Positions 39,116 to 53,466 of a DNA stretch of 63,752 nt are shown here, piece by piece (within the stretch, counting starts at the first letter, position 1; each line of letters begins with the position of its first letter). The stretch covers positions 11,137,730 through 11,201,481 of the forward strand of contig NC_068997.1 of assembly GCF_001194135.2 (NCBI RefSeq), written 5' to 3'. The position numbers and the translations under genes are program-made. The notes under the pieces are model-generated. The model saw only the letters and a program-made list of their open reading frames with translations. It did no database searches and was not told where the DNA came from. This stretch comes from Octopus bimaculoides. Lineage: Eukaryota.

Positions 39116-41099
39116 GTGTGTATGCGCGTGTGCGTGTTTGCGTGCGTGTGCAAGCGTGTGCGTGCTATGTAAAGATTTTGCCAGTGCTGTATATAAATAT
39201 ATATATATATATATATAAAGTCTCTTTTTTACATACCGTATCTTCAGCGCAAAAAATGGGAACCGGCTGGATATGTAACACTATAGGGTATAGGTTTTCA
39301 TCAGCAAACAAACAAACTAGCAAACTCATTAAATGACCATTAGTTATGAACCTAGTAAACAACCAAGGTTTCAGTATTGCTTACTGGCATTTAGATTAGC
39401 TTTACCTTCTAAGTTCACAATGCTTCGAGGGCAACATTTCCTTTCCTTATCTCGGGTTCGTTATAAATAAGTACGAATCAGGTTCTGCAATTTAGGAAAT
39501 CAACTAACCTTCTCACACCAAATGTCAGGCCATTTGCCTCCAATAGAAAGATTTACTTATAAACGTGCTACAATTAAGCCTTTAATAAAAATCACTTTAC
39601 TTACACAAGCGACTCAGCGGATTGATGTCATCATGAAAGAAATGTAAGTAATGATGAAATTTGAACACATACAAAACATTTTTCAACTTATATTAAACAG
39701 AAACTTCGTAATCTTTATATTAATAACGATAAAGATGATGATTGCATTCTGAGGTTTATGGATATAATATGACTTCAATAGCGAAGTAGAACCCACGCGA
39801 AATCGTTCAGTTCTTAAACTCTATATTTATATCTTCTTCGGAAATCATCTCTCAATCGGCGTTCATAAAAAAAATTTTTCATTAAGAATTTCATTACATA
39901 CAACCATGTTGTCTTTCCTTGATGCGGGAAATACATGCAGAAATCTAATTTTGTTGAATACAAATATACAAGTGTGTATTATATTACTTATGAAAACTAT
40001 AAAATGTCACAAACTTTAGAATAGTGACAGGGATTAATTCCGAACGTACTTGGAATTTACATTTCCTCACTCTGTGAACATGCAATATAAATGGTAGTGT
40101 AATAAATATGAGAACATTATTAAAAAATTCTAATTTAATAGAAATGCATAGCTATCATTTCAGCACAATATACTCTCATACTATATTTTTTATTTGTTAT
40201 CGAATAACGCAATGTTCAATTTATTTTATCTCCTGTTCAATCGTTTTGAACAAATTTTGTATAGTCAATGGAGTTTAGAAATAGAGAACTTATTTATAAA
40301 TATTTATTTAATTATTGCCTAAAATCTACATGAAAAAGTGCGTATTTGTGAATGTGTGCCGAAAGATTCTGAGCAAAACACTGGCCAACTCTGGTTAGGT
40401 ATCTATAATAAAGAAAACACTGACAACTGGAATTGCTGCCATATAAGGTATGCGCTGCTTACCTGGAAAACCTTTACCGTATTACATCCTTGACACAAAA
40501 TATCACAAAATTCCATGCCGTAATCAATAATCCCTCCGATTATATTTTATCTGGATTTTCTGTATCGAATGCACTCTCATTCTAAGAACTTCATCAAGCA
40601 TTTTCTAAGTGCCTTGTCACATATAATTATTTATGAAAAAATCAACATGTCGAATAACCGTGAAAAGGTTTCTGTTCGTTTATCCAATGCAAAGAGCATT
40701 GAAAGTTTACATTTATCACATTTCATTTATACGCCATTGCTCATTACAGGGATAAGCGAGACAAAGCATTCCCGAAATTAAATCATAAAATTAGACATCA
40801 AAGATACGGCGTAGATATATAGCGATGATCAGGTTAATCATCCTTCAAGTTCATTTTCAATCCCCAGTGAAGTTACACGTAATTTACTGAAAAGATTTCC
40901 ACTCTTATTAACATCTGCAGACTCCTTTATTTTTTATGTCACAGTTGACCACTTGGGAGGAAGTAAACTGAGAACTTCTCATGTTAGTCACTTACTATAC
41001 CGTCCTCCTACAATTGTCTACAATTTTGACACTGGCTATTTTGAAAAAAAATCATTTGTTAATTTCCTTTTGAGTATATATATAGATATATGCAATTGA

Positions 41100-41800
41100 C
41101 AAAATTTGGAGTCAATAAGAAATACGGCTGGACACTTAGTTTCAATCACTACAATTGTTTCTACGGAACGTCGTTCTCCAGTCGTGCAGATGCTTGATTA
41201 TGCGACCGTTTTCCTGCATGTTTTCCAGTTATGTATTCACACACGGCAGAAGCCCTAATACAAACCTGGAAGTACATATAATACTACTACTGGAAAGCAC
41301 AGGGTGAAATCTGAAGGTGGACGAGCTTTAGTGTGTGCTAATTTCTTAACAGAATATGCTGCAACGATATATATATATATANNNNNNNNNNNNNNNNNNN
41401 NNNNNNNNNNNNNNNNNNNNNNNNNNNNNNNNNNNNNNNNNNNNNNNNNNNNNNNNNNNNNNNNNNNNNNNNNNNNNNNNNNNNNNNNNNNNNNNNNNNN
41501 NNNNNNATATATATAATAGATAAGGAGGTGTTTGAAACGTTGGCCATCACAGACCCTTGACTTTAATCCTATTGAAAACGTACAGTAGATACTTGGCGAT
41601 AAGATTAGAGACCACCAATCTGCAAAAGTTAAGATTTTGTGCGAACAATTCAGGATGAGCGGGATAAAGTTACATCAGAATAATGTGGGAAATTGGTCAA
41701 ATCCTGTGCAAGGAAATATGCTGAAGTCTTAAAGATATCGAAATGTACATATCTTATTAATATATTGATGTGGATTGTAAAAAAAGTCTGGCAGGATTTT
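41100..41800 (+). mobile_element. Tc1-family transposase relic, interrupted by (TA)n and an assembly gap
   Basis: HRVKSEGGRALVCANF (cf. TVKHGGGSVMVWGCF) before the gap; WPSQTLDFNPIENV (cf. WPSQSPDLNPIENLW) and KLVKSCARKYAEVLK after it. Confidence 0.75.
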
Positions 41801-43261
41801 GATTTCTTGAATTTTACCTCATGTGTTCTCTAATTTTTTCCATCTCATATTTTTCAAATTCAAATTTGTTTCTATTGCAAAATATTTAGTTAGTAATCAC
41901 TTCCTACAAAAAATAATGAACATAATTTATAGTTTATACACTAAAAATCCCATTCCGAAAAATGAGGTAGAAATGTAAATATCTGTATTTTCTTCTTTCC
42001 GCTCTCCCATTTTGGTATATGTGTGCATATTTACACATACGCACACTTATACATACATATGAATATATATACATATACATATATATATATATATATATAT
42101 ANNNNNNNNNNNNNNNNNNNNNNNNNNNNNNNNNNNNNNNNNNNNNNNNNNNNNNNNNNNNNNNNNNNNNNNNNNNNNNNNNNNNNNNNNNNNNNNNNNN
42201 NNNNNNNNNNNNNNNNNNNNNNNNNNNNNNNNNNNNNNNNNNNNNNNNNNNNCTTCCGATCTTATATATATTCAGTAGGCGCGTGAAAGCGATCACTACA
42301 CATGGTAAAAAATAGATATCGTTAATTCGATGCAGAAAGGAACTAAAAAAAATATTGACAGAAAAGGAGATTGCCGATTTTCTGCATAACAATAAATAGT
42401 CATGCAAGTCTGTACGTTTTCACAATATTATCATCTTATTTTCGGTTATTGGAAATAAAGAATCAAGTTTGAGGAGCATATTAATGTTAATTTACCCTAA
42501 AACTGCCATTTTGGTAATTAATGAGAGAATTAAACGTGCCATGATCTTCAGTTTTGAAAGATAATTTAAAATTAAAAGGAAATAATGAATTTGAAAAATG
42601 ATAAAATAGAGTAGACTATACCCTTGACGGATGAGACAAAAAATGATTGGAGGAATGGAAAATTATATTTTATATAATGATGTGTCATAACGATAAACTT
42701 TCCAGAAACTTGATATTGTTAACGTTTCTTTGCGTGGGAATAAATTGTAATTATTTTGTATATTTTTCCCACACAATACATTGGCTGCAATTTGGCAGAA
42801 TGGTTCGAGCATATTATAAATTCTTTATTGCATCTCTTGTACGGAGTTCAAATCTCTTATTAAAGTTTTTTTTCTAGATTGTCAGAATTAAAAAATTATA
42901 TGAGTGAGGCATTAACAGAATTATTAGTGCGTTGGAAACATGCTTCACTCTATTTGGTCCGACTCACCACCTGCTAAACTTTTGGGCAAATGTAAACCAT
43001 CAACATCCTGTTTAACTCTGCTTCACATTAAGTTATTGTGACTTTATCTCCGTTGTATTTTTCTTCTTGTCTTCTCTCCTGATGAAACGTCATCCTCTTA
43101 AATGACGACTGACACACGATCTTGTTCTCAGGTTGCTAAACGGTGAAATGAATTATTTTTCAAGCAGGTCAAACTGGGTGGCTGTTTTTTAACAAACTTG
43201 GTAGTTTTTTTAGCATACCATTATTAAACAATCCTTATTCAGGGACTTTTTCAGCGGGATG

Positions 43262-43470
43262 GGCCACTCAACCTGGAGAAAATACTAACTGAGCCTCACC
43301 TGCAAGGCCATGCACTGTTAATCTTGATATGAGACCACCATGTCGAGCACATATGTTTGTAATGCATGTGTCTGGTGTCCCCTTATCAGACGGGCAGTCA
43401 TGATGGGTGTACTGGGCTTCGTATATTTTACGACAGTGACACTTTGATGGCATGCATTGTTCTCTCAATT
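43262..43470. repeat. Probable interspersed-repeat fragment
   Basis: GC-elevated island (CTTATCAGACGGGCAGTCATGATGGGTGTACTGGGCTTCGTATATTTTAC...) that I recall as a dispersed octopus repeat; no second copy in this window. Confidence 0.3.
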
Positions 43471-43539
43471 AATAATGATAATAATGATGTTGATGACAAT
43501 GGACTCTCCCGTAAAAGATGAAGTATGAGCATTCAACAT

Positions 43540-43678
43540 TCGCTGAACAACCTGCACACGTGATTTGTTTATAGTGATCAAATGTTTGTGTTTTGCTCAA
43601 GAACACAACGCAGCACCGAGTCTAGAAAGCACAATCCCGCAATCGTAAGTACAACTCCTTAATGATTAGGCCATGCGC
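43540..43678 (-). mobile_element. tRNA-head SINE, internally deleted
   Basis: Reverse complement begins GCGCATGGCCTAATCATTAAGG and contains TTGTGTTCTTGAGCAAAACAC. Confidence 0.65.
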
Positions 43679-43685
43679 TTTCACA

Positions 43686-43724
<39 letters not shown>

Positions 43725-43742
43725 TTGATGATGATGATGATG

Positions 43743-43808
<66 letters not shown>
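43686..43808. repeat. (GAT)n(AAT)n trinucleotide array running into a gap
   Basis: Seen directly; the poly-D/N/H/Y/M ORFs here are artefacts. Confidence 0.95.
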
Positions 43809-44462
43809 NNNNNNNNNNNNNNNNNNNNNNNNNNNNNNNNNNNNNNNNNNNNNNNNNNNNNNNNNNNNNNNNNNNNNNNNNNNNNNNNNNNNNNNNNNNN
43901 NNNNNNNNNNNNNNNNNNNNNNNNNNNNNNNNNNNNNNNNNNNNNNNNNNNNNNNNNNNNNNNNNNNNNNNNNNNNNNNNNNNNNNNNNNNNNNNNNNNN
44001 NNNNNNNNNNNNNNNNNNNNNNNNNNNNNNNNNNNNNNNNNNNNNNNNNNNNNNNNNNNNNNNNNNNNNNNNNNNNNNNNNNNNNNNNNNNNNNNNNNNN
44101 NNNNNNNNNNNNNNNNNNNNNNNNNNNNNNNNNNNNNNNNNNNNNNNNNNNNNNNNNNNNNNNNNNNNNNNNNNNNNNNNNNNNNNNNNNNNNNNNNNNN
44201 NNNNNNNNNNNNNNNNNNNNNNNNNNNNNNNNNNNNNNNNNNNNNNNNNNNNNNNNNNNNNNNNNNNNNNNNNNNNNNNNNNNNNNNNNNNNNNNNNNNN
44301 NNNNNNNNNNNNNNNNNNNNNNNNNNNNNNNNNNNNNNNNNNNNNNNNNNNNNNNNNNNNNNNNNNNNNNNNNNNNNNNNNNNNNNNNNNNNNNNNNNNN
44401 NNNNNNNNNNNNNNNNNNNNNNNNNNNNNNNNNNNNNNNNNNNNNNNNNNNNNNNNNNNNNN

Positions 44463-44496
<34 letters not shown>

Positions 44497-47224
44497 GGAG
44501 CAAAAACGCAATATAGGACATTTAAACATTCAGTCAGATTATTTCGGGCAGTCACACTTGAGATGGTTCGATCTGGTTGTCCCCCAAAATGTCTAAGCTA
44601 AGAGTATTAGACCCCTGTGTAAGAAAGCTACCGAATGTGCGCAGAAACAAAGACGAAAGAACAAGCAGACAAAAAATTAAACAAGGATTGTACAGAATTA
44701 CGAATACAAACAACAAGGAAATAGCAACAGGTGCCTTTCTACTGAGAACGAATCAAATTGAATTGTTCTGTATAAACACAAGTTTTAAAAACTACTATGA
44801 TTCCTTCAAAACATTATGACACTTTCACTCCTTCTTTGATTAAACCTGTTGGCGTATCTCGGTATTGTAAATGTTTTTTTTAATTATTTATCCACCCTAT
44901 AAGCCCCATAGAAAAAAAATAACCCATGAATTACTATTTTAAGTTTAGTCATTTACTGAATGTCCCAAAGTGACACATAAGCGAAATGGTATGATTTAAA
45001 CATTTTCAGGCTCTCCTTTTCCTCTCTAGGCTCCTCTTCTTTTCTTTTCTTTTACGTATGTATTTTTCTTCACTCTAATGAAGCCCCATGTTCCAGATTT
45101 GTTTTATTACCAAATATGGTGAATATACCTTTTTAGCATATCAATGGCAATACCATATAACATTGAAGCATAAACGGCTGTTAGATGTGATGCAGTCTAT
45201 TTGTATTGAATTAAAAAAATAATTCAGGTAAGTCAATTATTGTTGGTCAATATTTCTCCATTTGCTGTTACCTTTATATATACATATATATTGAACACAC
45301 ATTTTTCGGTGTGTGCGCTTGTCCGTAAGCGTGCAATCACGAAATGTTTTAGTCATTTTTATGTCTTGTCTTCAATACAGTTTTAAAATGCTTAGCTGTT
45401 ATTTCCCCCAACTTTTTTTAACGTTGTTTTCATGTCCACTACAGCAGTGTCATACACTTTCTCTCTCAAGGTATCCTTTCATTTGCATTTAAATGGAAAT
45501 ATTGTTTATTTATATGTTTTAAACACCTATAGATGTATTCATGTATCAAACGTAATTCTAATCTAATCGACATTTCTTATTTGGAGTTTAAATAAAGTTA
45601 TCGTTTCTTTATCGCCATCTGCTACACCGGATTTAGCTTATTTTCTTTATTAGACCCCCGAGCCACTTTGATGGTCTATATCTACCTAAAAAGAAACTAG
45701 AATTATATGAATATTTATTTATATAAACATTTTTATTTTGGTGACAATTACATTACTATGTGTCAGCGTGATTGTCGGTTACTTTGCTTAGGGCCAATTT
45801 ATATAAAGATTGTTTTCTAAACTCTCATGATATTTGTTTGTGCATTCGTTTGTTTATTTGTTTCGACAGGCCGTTTTTTTATCATGTGAGTGTGAAAGAT
45901 AAAGGAAGGTGACCCACTCACAAGTATTATTTTTGTTATTAATAAAAATGAAAGTTCGACTGATAAGCAAGAAAAACAGTATCGGCATATATAGTGCGGT
46001 ATAGGAATGAGGGTACTGTGAAGAACTTTATTAATTTGCCCCGAATTATTTTTTATTTCATAACGTTGCGTTACGGATTCTCAATATCATTTTCAATTTT
46101 GTTTCTCCAGAAGCTATGAAATACTTGTACTTTAGAAGAATTTGATCGATTTTATCAGTGCTTTCTATAATCCGATGCTTTTCTATAATTTAAGAAGCCA
46201 ATATTTAAGTAGAAGACTAGCTGTGTAGATCAGTAGTTGGAAGTTCAATAAAGAGAACGTAACAGAAAGCAAAACAAGATTCCCTTTCTTCTTTGAAGTT
46301 ACTTATTTTCACTCGTTTTTTTTTTAATAATCATTCGAATATCATAACTGTTCCGATTTAACATATTTATGTGGAAATTATGCTTGAACAAACAAATACA
46401 CACAAATGAAAAATATGAAATAGAATGGTTATAGTTATGATTTGAAGCTGAGAAGAATATCCATAAATTGGATGTATATGTAAGAACAGTTAGGATATAG
46501 GATAAAAATACAGGTTAGTATATACATACATGCGAACACACAGACACTTATAACTACACAAATACATACACACTCTGCTCTGTATACCACGCAACATAAT
46601 AAATATTCCAAAATAACTAAAATATAGGGAATCGTATTAAGTGCTATAGAGCAAGGATTTGTCTCATTCACTAATACATGCTAATTTAACGTTTGTCTAA
46701 AAATGACTACGAGGCCTCACATTTTAAGCTGTATATATGTGCATTTTGAAGAGATTAATGATTATTTTAGAGCTGGTGTGAGTCGCTGCATCGACAGATC
46801 AAAAGGTGTCTTTATGTGGGATTTTTTTTAGATGTCACACCAAAAATAACTCATCTTGACATAGTGATATTGAATTGTAATATATATTCCATTTACACTC
46901 CTTCAGTATTATTTCTAAATGATATTGAACGTATTCCGTTCGTTTATCCACTTACTAAGTTTTCATCCATATTTATAGCCCAAATGATCGGTGAGCTTTT
47001 GCCTGTAGCCCTTACCCTAAAATCATTAACTCTTCCGCTATTGTTATCCGATCTTTAAAAAGTAGCGTTTGTTATATGCATCCATCTCTGTCTGTCTCTC
47101 TCTTTCTCTCTCTCTCTCTNNNNNNNNNNNNNNNNNNNNNNNNNNNNNNNNNNNNNNNNNNNNNNNNNNNNNNNNNNNNNNNNNNNNNNNNNNNNNNNNN
47201 NNNNNNNNNNNNNNNNNNNNNNNN

Positions 47225-47258
<34 letters not shown>

Positions 47259-49532
47259 CACACTCTGACACACATATAAATATATACATACACATATACA
47301 TACATACGTAACACTAAAGCTTATTCCTTTCAATATAATATAAAGCCGTCGTTGTCCCCATGCCCAATACCTTGTTCAGGGCAAAATTAAATCAGGGTTG
47401 TGCTTTATTCTTTCTGAAGATATGTTGCTACTTTATTTTCTCAAGTAAAATTCATGCAGACCACTAACTGATTGCCAAAGTAGGTTGAACTATTTTAGTA
47501 TAGAACATGATTCTATAAAGTATACATACATCAAAACGTCGTAAACTTCGACTCAGAAAATACAGAAATAGATATAAGAAGGCAAAGTTCATATGAAACA
47601 TATATTGTAATGTATCCAGTGTCAAAGGTTTAGCATGTGTCAGAGCTAATTCCTGTCTTCCGCTAAATTTACGTGGTACCGAATATTTGTTAAAATGTTA
47701 GGAAGGAAAATTTCTTTTCTTGGCGCGTGCAAAAAATATGAATGGTATTCATAGAATAAAAATTTAATAATTTATGTTATTGAATGAAACCATATGTCGA
47801 TCGGTTGGCATAAGTTTGGCAGAAATGACTTTCACTAGTTTTCTCATTCGCTAAAAATAAAACAAAAGCATTGAAGTATTTTAATCTGCTTTTTTTTTCT
47901 ATTTCTTTGTTATTTATTGCTCTACGTATTTGTGGAACTGATCTAGCAGTGTTGATTAAAGTATGTAATCGTTTTACTGTAAAACTATGAATATTCTCAA
48001 TGAGTTTCTGTAAACAATACTTAATTTAGATTGGCATTTTGACGTTATTTTTACGCAACCAAATTTTAACTGTAGAACGATGTATGATGTCAATGCAGCT
48101 TCGCATATAAATTCTTCAACTTACTTATGTCGTCAGTTAAGTATGAATTTAATAATATTAATTAATTTCTAATTTTCCTTTAATTTGATAAAATATGCAT
48201 TACTAATTTTAACCATTCAATTCTATTTACTTACATTTCCTACCATCTCACGCTATGTGTTCACTTGCTATCTAAATGTAAATGTTAATTAGAAAAATAC
48301 GAAAGATATTTTCCCCAGAGTAGGAAGCGATGCATTACTAGATGTGATTTATGAGGGTTCAATAACTGCTTTGAATATTCTCAATTTCATGTAAACTTCG
48401 ATCTTTTAGTTAAAGTTAATGGCAACTTGATAAATCATAATGAAATCAATATTCACATGTCATGATCAAAACTTTTGAGATTCAAACTCCCGGCAGAATT
48501 AATCGACAATAAATATTCAATTCACATTTCCTGTTATTTCCTTTAATTTGAGCCGATAATACTTTGATTACGAAACTACCTATTTAAAATTCTATTTCTG
48601 TATTAGTACAAATAAACTCACAATTTCTTTTGGAATTATGTGGTAGAAACGCTGGTGTATGTATCTCTAATTGACTTGCAATACATTTTATATACTTAAC
48701 GTTTATGATCAATAGTCGGTATCTTATGTCTGAGAAAGGATACAAAAAATGTTATCCATGTAGTCTACCAAGCTTCTTCCTTATACATTTGTATCATTAT
48801 AAGAAAAACAGCACCCAGTTTTGACTAATCATGTTCTCTGTTTCTTATTTATTTTTCACAGTTTCTAAATTTTCCTTTGGAAACATTTTTTACATACATT
48901 GAATGAACTCCCAGATATTTGATATTCACTGTAGATATTTACTGTTTATTTTCCTCTTTAATGTTTGTATTTGAGTTTCACCGTATACTTTTACTGTCCG
49001 TATTATAATCTTGGTTCTGCCAAAGATACATATGAATTATGTGTTGTACTACACAAGCCGCAAGTAACACCGCCACCTAGTTCTTGTATATACTGAGGAG
49101 CATCTCAAAGTTTGAAAACATGTTGACCAATGTCTGAGAATTTCCTCTGTATAGATAATGAAAACTATATACGCGGAGGTACTGAAATGTTACTTGCTTT
49201 GATTAACAGAAAATAAAGGAGGATCAGTTAATTATGATTTTATTCAAGATATTCACTTCTCACTTAGCGCATCAGTCCTTCACATTTTCTAAGCCCTGTA
49301 ATAGAAGTTGGATATTTGGGCCTTTCGAAATACCCTTAAAGCCAGGAACTTTTCAGCACCACTCGTATGGAAGATGTTACAATAAAAATTCTTAAATTGC
49401 TTCCACCCACCAATCAGTGAGTAGTTGCTTAAATCATTAATTTAAAATGCTCTAAATTTAATATCTGATTGCTTAAAACGCAATAGGATCGCATTTCTTT
49501 TAATAATAATTTGTGTTCAAAGCAATTAATAA

Positions 49533-49587
49533 CACCGTATTTCAAAATGATCATAAATACCACCGTATTTCAAAATGATCATAAATA
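49533..49587. repeat. Perfect tandem duplication, 27-bp unit with period 28
   Basis: CACCGTATTTCAAAATGATCATAAATA occurs at 49533-49559 and 49561-49587. Confidence 0.95.
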
Positions 49588-52500
49588 TTAGTTTAAACCC
49601 TTCTACTATTTCTAAATATGCATTTCAATTAAAAGCTAAAATCTTTTAGACTGGCTTTGTAAAAAGAAAAAAAAAACAATAATGCGTTAATCAGGAATAT
49701 ATTAATGTAGAGTTAGGAAAACAATAGAACGTTCTTCTACAAATCTACAATAACATTTGAAACAATAGAAAATGCAATGTAAATCTGAAATATAAAACTT
49801 ACACAATTTCTATCAATAACAATGAAATGTCATTAACCACTAGAATTCATTATAGCTCCCGAAATAACTATTATTATATTTATGAACGAAAGTAAAAAAA
49901 AACAAACTGAAAGGCAAAATATTCACCTATGGTTTATATAATAATTGTCATGTAATGTTGTTGAAATAAAATATGTGACATTTAAATATCTGCTTTCAAC
50001 CATTATTTTAGCTGACTTTTATATATTCATTCCACTAGGATTTACTGCATTGTGCTAATCATTGGAGTCTAATGTTGTGTTAACAATTTCACTCTTAATT
50101 ATTGTTGCGATATTTGTAATGCTTATAAATCATTTCTCAAAATAGATATTATTATATTTATATCTCCTATATTTTTTCTTTTGTTTATATTTTGTGCGCT
50201 CTCAGAATCCATATTATTATATGAAAAGCTGGAATTCATACAAAGAAAAGTAAATACTGAATGCGTTTTGAGTTATAAGAAAGAATGTTTAGGTTTGGTT
50301 TGTTTTGAAAAGTTTGGAACTATAGTACTTTAGATGTTTTCCACCTACTGATTTTGAAGTATTAATGTACGCTAAATTATGCATAATGAAACGCATCTCT
50401 GATGAATGAGAAGAAGAATTTCCTTAGAACGGCAGTTGGTAAATATTTTATATCTTAAAAATAAATATACGGTAGTGATCCAGCATGGTGGCAGCTCTGA
50501 GCTGAAGCTACAAACGAAAAATATATATTTTCATTATCAACATTCAGAACTTACCTGTAGCTTTTTCTCCTTACTATAGTCCTATCTACTCTATATATTT
50601 AAATATTTCCATTAGAAGGATAGTTTATAGTTTGAATGGATTAATGCATATGTTTGTTGACTATTGTCTTTTTACTAATTAAAAGTATTATCCATAGTTT
50701 AACTAATAGGAAATACTTTATATACTTTTGCAAGAATTTCAGAATTCTTGTAGAGGCTCTACAAGAAGGACCACTGGAAAGATTTTCGATTCTCTAATTG
50801 CTACTTGTTCATTGATTTGACTGTGACTAGCAGAACACCTCCGTACTAAATATAGATATTTAGTAAAATAATTTCCTTGAATTAAATACATGAAATATAG
50901 AGAAGTAACTCCGCAAATGTAATGTCATCGAATGCAAACTTTTCATATTATTATATGCTTGGTGAATAAAATTTAAGTTCATAAAACAGTAGTTGTTTAT
51001 TGTAATACTATGGTATTGTACCTAAGCAAAAAGAAACATCTATCGTGTATTATAGAATATTTTGCAAGTCAAAATACTATTAATAATCGGTGTTTTGCTC
51101 TTGTTGAAGCGTTTAAAGTGGATAATCATCACACTTCAATTTGATTCGATGTTAAAAATCATAGGAAATATCGATAGCGATTTTGAAAATATTTTCGACA
51201 CTTCGGTGTTTTGAAGAAACGTAGAAAATATTTGTTTTGTGCCGAATTTTAATGACTGAGTTTCACTGAACAATAAAAAAATAAGACATTATACTCAGAT
51301 AAGTCAAGAATTGTAAACACTATTCCTCTTTACCGATAATATAGTGGAATATATTACTGAATAAATATTTACTTTTATAAGTGAAGTATATTATTGATGC
51401 TCAATGTATATCATTAAAAGTAGGATCTCAAAAATCACAGATATTATGTTGTGTTTTATTGTTGTATTATGTTGTATTTTATCTAAGTGCAGACTCTTAT
51501 TCATGATCACTTCTGTTATAAGGTGATACAGATGTATGTTAGAAATAACATTAAAGTTTGTTCCTGAGTTTTATCTAGAACAATTGTGTATACAAGTTCA
51601 TGCAAGGATTTTATTTAGGTGAGAGTTTATGCATTAGTAACAAAGGAAATGAAGCACAGAAATCGCACTCTCATTGAAATGGCGATTACACGGAGGGTTT
51701 TAAACCTAAGATCGGCAACGTGACTCGAATGCTTGCCATAGTCGGGACACAACGCGATACATTCAAAAGAGCAGGAGGTTAAATTAAACTAAGCGGTTGG
51801 TTAAGTACCATCCAGGAACAGAAACCACACAGGCGTACGGATTGCAGTGGAGGATATCTTTACTGAATTTCTTTGAAATGAGGAATGAGGTATTCACTTT
51901 CGTGTTGGTCAGATGTTTATGTGCTCCCCCACTTTGTACTGGACATTGGCCATTACATTAAAAGGTTACACAAATAAAGACACATTTCGAAAAGATTTTC
52001 ATTTCTTACGACAGTTTTGCATAACACACAAATAATAAATAATTTTAATCTAAACAGACATCACTCCGAATTTAGAGAATTCAATCCTTCTCTTCTAAAA
52101 TAATTTCATGACCAGGTTATGTGATAAAAAAGCTGGGTCGTCGTTATTGGTTACGACACTTAACATACATTATTTATCTAAATATATTTATAATGTAATG
52201 GAAAAAGGACCTATTAAGAATTTGAATGTGACACTAAATCATACATTTTAAACTACTTATATTATAGAAACAAACTGTATTAGTCTCAGTGTAACGGGCG
52301 TCTCACCTCTCTTAAGGCAAATATACAAATTATAGTTAGTCGTCGATTTTGATTTTATGGATCATAGCCTTAGTTAATGTGCAAAACCTCCTCGTTCTCT
52401 GATCACCATATTACTTCACCGTGGACGATTTCACATGAAAATCGGAGATTTTAACCAAACTTTAGTGTCATGAATACATAATCTTCTCGAATGTAAAATT

Positions 52501-53466
52501 TCCAACTTTTGTTTTGCATTATATTTTCTTACTTGTTTTAATCGTTACTGCAAAAACTTTATCTAAACGACTATGAAACTAAAAACAATATTCAAATTTG
52601 TTCACTTGGTTGTAAATAAGAGATGAAGAGATAGTTTAATGTATATAATGATGTTAACTCTTATATTCTGAAACAAATGCAAATGTACGTGTTCTCTCTG
52701 CTTCACAATTAGGCGTTACATTTACCACCAAACTTCGCTCTACTTCTACAGATAAAATAATTATTCAGTTTCCAGTAAATCGATCTCACAAATTCAGGCA
52801 TGTAAACACTGGAGCAGACTGACGTGAACACGTGCTCATAAATGAATGCAGATCATCCAAATCCACACGCATGTGTACACCTGAACTATAGTCAGGTTTT
52901 TCTCAGGATACATGTAAATGTATGTCAGTGTGTGTAACTGTATATGAAACGACTGGCGGAATATAAGCTTCAACACACTACTTAACGTTATGTGAAATAT
53001 ATGCAGGTTTTGGCAAATGAAACGGACTACTATTAATATTCATATCATCAATCCATTCGCCGTTTACTTTAAAATTCTATTGATCAACAAAGCTAACTTA
53101 ATATTACATTTATTCACGTATCATTTATCTATCCTTAACCATATAAAAACTCTAGTGCGCGAATATATATGCATATACATGTGTGCGTGTGTATGTGTGT
53201 GTTTGTGTGTGAGTGTGTGGTGGGGTGAAATCATTATCATGTTCGGTTATAATAAAACAATTTCACACTAATCTCCATGGTTACTCCATATTTCCCTCGA
53301 GTACGAATTTATTATTCTTAAACACGAATTTATAATTGACAGGAACTTTGAGGTATCAGGTTGATAAGTTATCGTCCGAAGATGGCTTGCAAGTTAGTGC
53401 CAATATCATTTTTGTTTAAGAATGATTTATATATATATATCGCACACACATACACACATATATATA

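Noticed and set aside
46435-47058. ORFs MNETNPCSIAL... (GPCR-like start) and MGFFLDVTPK...; also a 97-nt minus exon candidate
   Set aside because: The first runs into degenerate CA repeats; none has a recognisable domain or supporting partner exons.
50745-50767. 23-bp palindrome TTCTTGTAGAG-G-CTCTACAAGAA
   Set aside because: An 11-bp arm pair is not unexpected once in ~60 kb of AT-rich sequence, and there is no supporting context.
51645-51975. KHRNRTLIEMA (copia integrase-like) and a following 61-codon open stretch
   Set aside because: Single short motif with no surrounding integrase residues.
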